A DNA stretch of 64,000 nucleotides from Pseudomonadota bacterium (lineage in GTDB: Bacteria > Pseudomonadota > Gammaproteobacteria > Steroidobacterales > MnTg04). The position numbers and the translations under genes are program-made. The stretch's first letter is position 1; every line of letters starts with the position of its first letter. The DNA lies in NCBI GenBank assembly GCA_022560735.1, contig JADFSO010000009.1:8519-72518 (forward strand), given 5' to 3'. The notes under the pieces are model-generated. The model did no database searches and was not told the origin of the DNA. It was given only the letters and a program-made list of their open reading frames with translations. Below are positions 57,651 to 64,000 of the stretch, one piece after another.

Positions 57651-58322
57651 TTAGCCGGTTATCGGCACCAGCGTCAACTCTACGCGGCGATTCAATAACT
57701 GGCCTTCGCTGGTCGAGTTATTGGCCACCGGCATGTCTTCGCCCAGCCCCACCGTGATAATCCGCAAGGGCATCACGCCCTGGCTTTCCAGGTACCTGGC
57801 AACCGCATCGGCGCGCTGTTCAGAGAGCCGCTGGTTGTAATCGTTCGAGCCCCGGCTGTCGGTGTGACCGGCGACTTCGATCAGCGTCTTTTCGAATTCT
57901 TTGGTGACTTCGCTAACGCCGTCAAGCACGCGGAAGAAATCCCCGTTCAGGTTCGAGCTTGCGGTTTCGAAAGTAATGTTGCCCGGCATGTTGAGCGTGA
58001 TGTTGTCACCGACACGGGTAACGCTGACCCCGGTACCCGCCATTTTCTGCCGCAGCTTCGCTTCCTGAACATCCATGTAGTAACCAATACCAGCGCCCGC
58101 AAGCGCGCCGATACCCGCGCCAATCAATGCGTGCTGCCGGCGCTCGACCGCGTTGTCCCCGGTCACGAGCCCGACCACGGCGCCGGCGGCAGCGCCGATC
58201 AGCGCACCCTTCGTCGCCTTGCTGGTTTGCGTTTCTCCCGTGTAGGGGTTGATGGTCTCGCAACCGGCAACAAGAACTGCCACCAGAAACATTATCGATA
58301 TACATGATAATCGGCTACTCAT
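57651..58322 (-). CDS. OmpA-family lipoprotein with glycine-zipper segment
   Basis: Lipobox LVAGC. Gly-zipper GALIGAAAGAVVGLVTG..GAGIGALAGAGIG. OmpA_C motif GHTDSRGSNDYNQRLSEQRA..NRRVEL. Confidence 0.85.
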   Translation of the reverse strand: MSSRLSCISIMFLVAVLVAGCETINPYTGETQTSKATKGALIGAAAGAVVGLVTGDNAVERRQHALIGAGIGALAGAGIGYYMDVQEAKLRQKMAGTGVSVTRVGDNITLNMPGNITFETASSNLNGDFFRVLDGVSEVTKEFEKTLIEVAGHTDSRGSNDYNQRLSEQRADAVARYLESQGVMPLRIITVGLGEDMPVANNSTSEGQLLNRRVELTLVPITG

Positions 58323-58401
58323 CGGAAATCCTCCCTGTTATTCCAGCTTCATTGTATCGCGAAACGCTGAATGAACGATGAACGAATAGACCACCGGGCG
58401 A

Positions 58402-58935
58402 TCAGAATCGTTCCGTATCCGCCGGTGGCGTCGTCGCCTTGACATAACCGCGCGGCCGAATCGCGACCGTGTTTTCGATATGCGTACACTGCGTGCCGTC
58501 GGTCAGGTAAAAACCGTATTCAAAAGTCGGGGTCGCCCGGCCCCGCTCCGCCAGCTCTGCCCGGATCTGTTCTTCCTGGCCCTTTTTCATGCTGAATCGC
58601 AACTCGAGATCGGTGCTGCCGCCGTGACGAAAATCAATGGTCATCGCGCGAGTCCAGGGCGCGTACCCCGGGAACACCCGGGCGCACGCGAGCGCCGCAA
58701 TCGGATCCGCGAGCGCCGCCTGGTAGCCGCCAAACATGACCCCGCCCGGGTTTCTCGAAATCGTATTCAACGGCAGCAGCATGCGAATTTCCCGCCAGTG
58801 CTCGCTGATTTCCAGCACCTTGATCCGCATCATGAAAAAGGGCGGGTAAAGCTCCATCCGCCGGGCATCGCTGAGAAAGCTGGAATTGGCGAAATGCTGG
58901 AGGACTCGCTGCCCCAGGGTCAGGCGTAGATTCAT
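58402..58935 (-). CDS. Hotdog-fold thioesterase (PaaI / YiiD C-terminal-like)
   Basis: 177 aa. GGVMFGGYQAALADPIAALA is typical of 4HBT/PaaI hotdog proteins. Confidence 0.5.
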   Translation of the reverse strand: MNLRLTLGQRVLQHFANSSFLSDARRMELYPPFFMMRIKVLEISEHWREIRMLLPLNTISRNPGGVMFGGYQAALADPIAALACARVFPGYAPWTRAMTIDFRHGGSTDLELRFSMKKGQEEQIRAELAERGRATPTFEYGFYLTDGTQCTHIENTVAIRPRGYVKATTPPADTERF

Positions 58936-59032
58936 CTATATTCCTTGTTTCATATCCGAAGTTTTCGCGTCCCGGACTTGCCCGCATCTCTTCCAGGACG
59001 TAGATTTAGCGTAGCGACTGCAGGAGATTATC

Positions 59033-59500
59033 ATGCGCCCAGCCGACGACTGGTTCAACGATTATGGCGCAAGCCACCAGAACCCGACCAACAAGGCCAT
59101 CCACTGGATTTGTGTGCCGTTTATCCTGCTGACGGTGCTCGGCATGCTCTGGGCGGCGCCGGTACCCGCCGCGATGGCCAGCGTGTCACCGTGGCTGAAC
59201 TGGGCCACCGTGGTCATGGTGCTCGGCCTGATCTATTACTTCGCTTTGTCGCCCTCGCTGGGCGCGGGGATGAGCATCGTGCTGGCGCTGTTCGCCTATA
59301 TCCTGCACACGCTGGCAGCCGCTGGCTTGCCCATGATGACTGCGTCGGTCAGCGTGTTTATCCTGGCCTGGATCGGCCAGTTTATCGGTCATCGCATCGA
59401 GGGCAAGAAACCCAGTTTCTTCAAGGATATCCAGTTCCTGATGATCGGTCCGATCTGGTTGCTCGGATTCATTTACCGCCGCATGGGGGTGACTTACTAG
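59033..59500 (+). CDS. DUF962 / Mpo1-like membrane protein
   Basis: 155 aa. YGASHQNPTNKAIHWICVPFI and GHRIEGKKPSFF motifs with four TM helices. Confidence 0.65.
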   Translation: MRPADDWFNDYGASHQNPTNKAIHWICVPFILLTVLGMLWAAPVPAAMASVSPWLNWATVVMVLGLIYYFALSPSLGAGMSIVLALFAYILHTLAAAGLPMMTASVSVFILAWIGQFIGHRIEGKKPSFFKDIQFLMIGPIWLLGFIYRRMGVTY

Positions 59501-59517
59501 GCTGCATTTCAGCGGTT

Positions 59518-60816
59518 CTATCGCGATCCTCTGACCGTTTCGGCTACGGCCGCCGCCACCTTGTCATGCACATTGGTATCGAGCGCATCCGGGACCAGGT
59601 CATCCGGCCCGGCCAGTTCCGCAAGCGTATGCGCTGCCGCCAGCAGCATTTCCCGGGTGAAGGTCCTGGCCTTGGCCGCCAGTGCACCCTTGAACAACCC
59701 CGGAAAGCCGAGCACGTTGTTGATGCCCTTACCATCGGCGGCAAACGCCGCGCCGCTTTCGAGCGCAAGGGTCGGTTCGATTTCGGGATCGGGGTTGGAC
59801 AGCGCCAGGATCACCTGTCCGTCCCTGACCCACTCAGGCTTGATCAGGTTTTTGACCCCGCTGGTCGCGATGACAAAATCGGCGCGCGCCATCAGTTCCT
59901 CAATGCTGACTGCGCGGCCACCGAGTTTCTCCAGCCGTTCCCGGGCATCGGCCTTGAGATCCGTGCCGAGCACCTCGCAGCTCCCCTGGGCCTTTAACAA
60001 GCTGACGATGCCGATGCCGGCGGCGCCAAGACCGATCTGCCCGATCACAGCTCCGGGCAGCGTTTTGCCTACCCTCCTGGTCGCATTGATCAGCGCGGCC
60101 AGCGCCACGACCGCGGTGCCATGCTGATCGTCATGCAGGACCGGGATGTGCAGTCGTTGTTTTAATTGTTCCTCAATCTCAAAGCACTCGGGCGCCTTGA
60201 TATCCTCCAGTTGTATGGCCCCGAACGATGGCGCTATGGCCTCGATCGTATCGACGATTTTCTGCGGGTCCTTGCTGTCCAGCAATATCGGCACCGCCGA
60301 CAGGCCAGCCAATTCCGCGAACAAGGCGGCCTTGCCCTCCATGACCGGCATCCCCGCCACCGGCCCGATATCGCCCAGACCGAGTATCGCGGTGCCGTTG
60401 GTCACCACCGCGACCGTCTTGTGGATATTGGTATACAGCCGCGCCTTCTCTGGATCATCCTGTATCGCCAGGCAGACGCGAGCCACACCCGGCGTGTAGA
60501 TATCGCGCAGGATTTGCAGCGACGATATGCGGACCCGCGACCGGGTCTCTATTTTTCCGCCGAGATGACGATCGAAGACACGATCCGACTTGCCGAGAAA
60601 GCGGGCGTTGGGCAATGCGTCGATTTTCTGGAACAGGCTGCGATCGGTCTCCTCGTCCATTTCCAGCGTGATTTCCCAGACCGTCTTGCCCTGCTCGCGG
60701 CGCAACGACTGCAGGTGTTCAACGACCAGGCCATCGTCGGCAATGACCTGCAAAATGCTGGCCAGGCTGCCGGGTTTCTGTGCCGATTCAATGACCAGTA
60801 TCTCGGGGATTTTCAT
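59518..60816 (-). CDS. NAD(P)-dependent malic enzyme with N-terminal ACT-like domain (no PTA domain)
   Basis: 432 aa. ACT-like start (VIESAQKPGSLASILQVIADDG), then malic-enzyme blocks IYTPGVARVC, VVTNGTAILGLGDIGP, FNDDQHGTA-like HDDQHGTA, GLGAAGIG. Confidence 0.8.
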   Translation of the reverse strand: MKIPEILVIESAQKPGSLASILQVIADDGLVVEHLQSLRREQGKTVWEITLEMDEETDRSLFQKIDALPNARFLGKSDRVFDRHLGGKIETRSRVRISSLQILRDIYTPGVARVCLAIQDDPEKARLYTNIHKTVAVVTNGTAILGLGDIGPVAGMPVMEGKAALFAELAGLSAVPILLDSKDPQKIVDTIEAIAPSFGAIQLEDIKAPECFEIEEQLKQRLHIPVLHDDQHGTAVVALAALINATRRVGKTLPGAVIGQIGLGAAGIGIVSLLKAQGSCEVLGTDLKADARERLEKLGGRAVSIEELMARADFVIATSGVKNLIKPEWVRDGQVILALSNPDPEIEPTLALESGAAFAADGKGINNVLGFPGLFKGALAAKARTFTREMLLAAAHTLAELAGPDDLVPDALDTNVHDKVAAAVAETVRGSR

Positions 60817-60952
60817 TGGGCTCTCCGCTATCGACTGCCTACAGCTTATGCTTTGCCGGGCCTATAAAAAAGCACCGGCGGAAGCCGGGCTGGCGCTTCA
60901 ATGCCCTGGCAAATGCGGTATTATTGCGCGCCTTGCAAGGCAGGAGTTCACC

Positions 60953-62113
60953 GTGGCCCTTAACCCCCTGGATTTATACGACATTCGCGACCAGCTGTCG
61001 GAGGACGAGCAACTGGTACAGGACAGCGTCGGTCGTTTTGTCGACGAGAAAGTCTTGCCGATCATCGGCAAGTGTTTTGAAGACCACCGCTTCCCCGATG
61101 AACTGGTTCCGGAAATGGCCGGCATGGGTCTGTTGGGCAGCTCGCTCGAAGGCTATGACTGCGCCGGCCTGAATGCTGTCTGTTATGGCCTGATCTGCCA
61201 GGAGCTCGAGCGTGGCGACAGCGGTTTACGTTCGTTTGCCTCGGTGCAGAGCAGCCTGGTCATGTACCCGATTCATGCCTTTGGCAGCGAAGAACAGAAA
61301 CAGAAGTGGTTGCCACCGCTGGCACGGGCCGAGGCGATCGGCTGTTTCGGCCTGACCGAGGCGCACGGCGGATCGGACCCGTCGAACATGAAAACGACCG
61401 CAAAAAAAGACGGCGATCACTGGATCCTGAACGGCTCCAAGATGTGGATCACCAACGGCAATGTGGCCGACGTCGCCGTGGTCTGGGCGGATACCAAGGA
61501 TGGCATCCGCGGGTTTATCGTCGAAAAGGACATGGAGGGATTTTCCGCCGAGGAAATCAAACACAAGTTTTCGCTGCGCGCATCGGTGACCTCCAGCCTG
61601 TTTTTCGACAATGTCCGGGTTCCCGATGCCAACCTGTTGCCTGGCGCGAAAGGTCTCAAGGGTCCGCTTAGCTGCCTGACCCAGGCGCGTTATGGCATCA
61701 CCTGGGGAGTGATCGGCGCCGCCCAGGCCTGCCTGCGGGAAGTGCTGGATTACACCGAGACCCGCATCCTGTTTGGCAAACCGGTCAACCAGACCCAGAT
61801 CATACAACTGCGTCTCGCCGACATGGCCCGCCGTATAACCGGCGCGCAATTAATTTCGCTGCAACTCGGGCGTTTGAAAGATGCCGGCAAAATGGTGCCT
61901 GCACAGGTATCGCTGGCCAAGTGGAACAATGTGCGCATGGCCCTCGATATCGCGCGCGATGCGCGCGACATGCTCGGTGGCGCGGGCATCAGCGCCGAGA
62001 TGTCGGCGATAAGGCACATGCTCAACCTCGAAAGCGTGATCACTTACGAAGGTACCGAGACGATTCACCAGCTCACGATCGGCAAGGAACTGACCGGCGT
62101 CAGCGCCTTCTGA
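60953..62113 (+). CDS. gcdH: Glutaryl-CoA dehydrogenase-type acyl-CoA dehydrogenase
   Basis: GTG start at 60953 (CAGGAG SD), giving VALNPLDLYDIRD. Strong resemblance to GcdH throughout (SVQSSLVMYPI, CFGLTEAHGGSDP, KMWITNG, LRASVTS, YEGT). The track start at 60590 overlaps the malic enzyme gene. Confidence 0.85.
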   Translation: MALNPLDLYDIRDQLSEDEQLVQDSVGRFVDEKVLPIIGKCFEDHRFPDELVPEMAGMGLLGSSLEGYDCAGLNAVCYGLICQELERGDSGLRSFASVQSSLVMYPIHAFGSEEQKQKWLPPLARAEAIGCFGLTEAHGGSDPSNMKTTAKKDGDHWILNGSKMWITNGNVADVAVVWADTKDGIRGFIVEKDMEGFSAEEIKHKFSLRASVTSSLFFDNVRVPDANLLPGAKGLKGPLSCLTQARYGITWGVIGAAQACLREVLDYTETRILFGKPVNQTQIIQLRLADMARRITGAQLISLQLGRLKDAGKMVPAQVSLAKWNNVRMALDIARDARDMLGGAGISAEMSAIRHMLNLESVITYEGTETIHQLTIGKELTGVSAF

Positions 62114-62188
62114 ATCATTGCTGAGCGATCGGCTTCGCAGCGTGCGAATCCGGCAATGCCGCGACCCGCACAAGAGACCTGAATCCCG

Positions 62189-63499
62189 GTGAAGCTCGCA
62201 GACCAGAAAGAGCATCGCAAGGTCTGGCGGATCGCCGCGCCGCTGATTCTGTCCAATATCACCGTGCCCTTGCTTGGCATGGTGGACACGGCGGTCATGG
62301 GCCATTTGCCCGACGCGCGTTACCTGGGCGCCGTCGCGATCGGCGCGACGATTTTCAGCTTCCTGTTTATCGGCTTCAATTTCCTGCGCATGGGTACGAC
62401 CGGCGTGACCGCCCAGGCCCATGGGGCGGGTGACGACGACCGCATCCGCGCCGGGCTCGGCCAGGCCGCGCTGCTCGCGGTCGCCATCGGCGCGCTGCTG
62501 ATATTGCTGCAATACCCGCTGCGTGAAGCGGCCATGTGGCTGCTGAGCCCGGACGCGGAAATCCTGCCTGAAGCCAGCATCTATTTCTCGATCAGGATCT
62601 GGGGCGCGCCGTTTACGCTGCTCAACTTCGCGCTGATCGGCTGGTTTATCGGCATGCAGTCGGGGCGCGGGCCGCTTTACCTGATGCTGACGATCAACCT
62701 CAGCAACATCCTGCTCGACCTGTTGTTCGTGGTCGGCATCGGCATGACCGCCGATGGCGTGGCGCTGGCCTCCGTGATCGCCGAAGGCTGTGGCAGCGGT
62801 CTGGGTTTGTGGCTGGCGGCGCGTCAGTTGCGTAGCCACCCGGGACGCTGGTCGCGCGCGCAGCTGGTCGACCGGGTCGCGCTCAAGCGCCTGGTGCATG
62901 TCAACAGCAACCTGTTGGTACGCACGCTGAGCCTGATGTTCGCTTTTGGCTTCCTGATCGCACAAAGCTCCCGTCAGGGCCAGATCATCCTCGCGGCCAA
63001 CGCCGTGCTGATGCAGTTCCAGTACCTGATGGCCTACGCCCTGGACGGTTTCGCCAACGCGGCCGAGGCACTGGTCGGCAAAGCGATCGGCGCGCGCGAC
63101 CGCAAGGCATTCCGCCAGGCGGTCCGCGTGTCGTTGACCTGGTCGTTGATTGTCGCGGCGATATTTTCGCTGGTCTTTTTGTTGTTTGGCCGCGGCATCA
63201 TCAACCTGCTGACCACGCTACCGGATGTCCGCAAAGCGATCTATCTCTACTTGCCATGGATCATCGTCTCGCCGCTGCTGTCGGTCTGGAGTTTTCTTTA
63301 CGATGGCGTCTATGTCGGTGGTACGCGTGCGCGAGAGATGCGCAACACCATGTTGTTCAGCGTGCTGATCATTTACCTGCCGGCGTTTTATGTGCTGCAG
63401 CCGCTGGGCAACCACGGGCTGTGGCTGGCTTTCATGCTGTTCATGTGCGCCCGTGGTATTTCCATGCATTATCTGTATAAGCGCATCAACTGGTGTTGA
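62189..63499 (+). CDS. MATE-family efflux transporter (DinF-like)
   Basis: 436 aa, GTG start, 12 predicted TM helices. N-terminal WRIAAPLILSNITVPLLGMVDTAVMGHL. Confidence 0.85.
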   Translation: MKLADQKEHRKVWRIAAPLILSNITVPLLGMVDTAVMGHLPDARYLGAVAIGATIFSFLFIGFNFLRMGTTGVTAQAHGAGDDDRIRAGLGQAALLAVAIGALLILLQYPLREAAMWLLSPDAEILPEASIYFSIRIWGAPFTLLNFALIGWFIGMQSGRGPLYLMLTINLSNILLDLLFVVGIGMTADGVALASVIAEGCGSGLGLWLAARQLRSHPGRWSRAQLVDRVALKRLVHVNSNLLVRTLSLMFAFGFLIAQSSRQGQIILAANAVLMQFQYLMAYALDGFANAAEALVGKAIGARDRKAFRQAVRVSLTWSLIVAAIFSLVFLLFGRGIINLLTTLPDVRKAIYLYLPWIIVSPLLSVWSFLYDGVYVGGTRAREMRNTMLFSVLIIYLPAFYVLQPLGNHGLWLAFMLFMCARGISMHYLYKRINWC

Positions 63500-63520
63500 A
63501 AAAGGGGACAGATTTATTTT
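63498..63520 (+). repeat. GAAAAAGGGGACAGATTTATTTT element
   Basis: 23/23 identical to 35391..35413. Overlaps the TGA stop (63497..63499) of the MATE gene. Confidence 0.85.
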
Positions 63521-63523
63521 CCC

Positions 63524-63554
63524 AGAAAAAAAGCCGGTGGGCGAACCCACCGGC
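63524..63554 (-). terminator. Rho-independent terminator of the sortase gene
   Basis: On the minus strand: GCCGGTGGG-TTCG-CCCACCGGC followed by TTTTTTTCTGGG, about 60 nt downstream of the stop at 63613. Confidence 0.7.
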
Positions 63555-63612
63555 AAGACCCGCTGATTTTTGGGATTACCGGGCAGCAGGTGACCCGTGA
63601 GGATTCAAATGT

Positions 63613-64000
63613 TCAGAGCATGGCCAGCGCCGGCACCGGTTCCGCGGTGACCACCAGCCTGAGCGGACCGCCGGGTACCTGTGCATCCAGCGGGTAACAA
63701 GTCACCAGTGTCAGCAGCCGGTCTTCGGTCCACAGATTAAGCTCTGCTTCCGCGCTGTTTACGACCTGGATATCGGTGACCTGCAGCCAGAAACTGTCTT
63801 CGGTGGTTTCGAGCAGCAGACGGTCGGTGACCGTGAGATCGCCGAGGAACGCGAAATGGGTATCGCGATGGCCGCCGATCACGCTGTTGCCCGCGCCGCC
63901 GGGAGGTTCGGTACCGTCCATGTGGCCCGGACCGAAGGCCAGCGTCCGCCCCGACCCGCCGGCGAGGACGATCAGGTCGACGCCGTGATCGGGCGCCAGC
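63613..64000 (-). CDS. Proteobacterial (class GN-type) sortase, N-terminus beyond window end
   Basis: GHRDTHF (catalytic His) and LTLVTCYP (TLxTC Cys). My hand translation upstream of the track start (..IVLAGGSGRTLAFGPGH MDG..) stays open to base 64000. Confidence 0.75.
   Translation of the reverse strand, partial: LAPDHGVDLIVLAGGSGRTLAFGPGHMDGTEPPGGAGNSVIGGHRDTHFAFLGDLTVTDRLLLETTEDSFWLQVTDIQVVNSAEAELNLWTEDRLLTLVTCYPLDAQVPGGPLRLVVTAEPVPALAML

Noticed and set aside
58945-59997. 350-aa plus-strand ORF covering the DUF962 gene in another frame and the malic enzyme in antisense
   Set aside because: It conflicts with two genes that have clear family motifs. Its composition is Arg/Gly/Pro-rich.
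61850-62965. 371-aa ORF antisense to the gcdH 3' end and the MATE gene
   Set aside because: Shadow ORF. It spans an intergenic gap and two real genes on the other strand and has a highly charged, repetitive composition.

Overview
This reads as a 64-kb chromosomal segment of a fairly GC-rich Gammaproteobacterium, probably marine; the GC content (high 50s %) was judged by eye, not computed. All function calls come from motifs I recognise in the supplied translations or in my own hand translations, and no database search was run. Most of the window is ordinary core genome: typA, rhlE, trmB, an ampG-like gene, xth, pyrE, dut-coaBC, radC-rpmB-rpmG, mutM, coaD, rsmD, ftsYEX-rpoH and gcdH. It also holds an ECF sigma/anti-sigma module, a four-gene two-component/c-di-GMP signalling cluster, an NfeD/SPFH pair, several TPR-enzyme fusions and thiol-redox genes. 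The one clear accessory locus is a 3.2-kb island at tRNA-Gly(CCC), spanning 24671..27927. It is bounded by a perfect 44-bp direct repeat of the tRNA 3' half. It carries only fragments of a tyrosine integrase and an IS3 transposase. Its single intact cargo gene is an orphan 733-aa protein with a canonical EF-hand loop and a C-terminal membrane domain, which is my best candidate for an undescribed function. Other points worth a second look:
- a MerR-type promoter (19-bp spacer with a dyad) driving a merT-like/HMA/outer-membrane-barrel operon that has no merR or merA nearby
- a perfect CIRCE operator overlapping a sigmaE-type promoter in front of rpoH
- a SWIB/MDM2-domain gene with a perfect CRP-type box upstream
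- a translationally coupled DUF1538-DUF1538-PII-CBS operon
- REP/REPIN-like doublets at three loci
- a 23-nt element that sits directly on or after stop codons
- a lipoprotein lipase inserted between rsmD and ftsY
- a proteobacterial sortase at the right edge
I found no CRISPR array, rRNA or intact mobile element.
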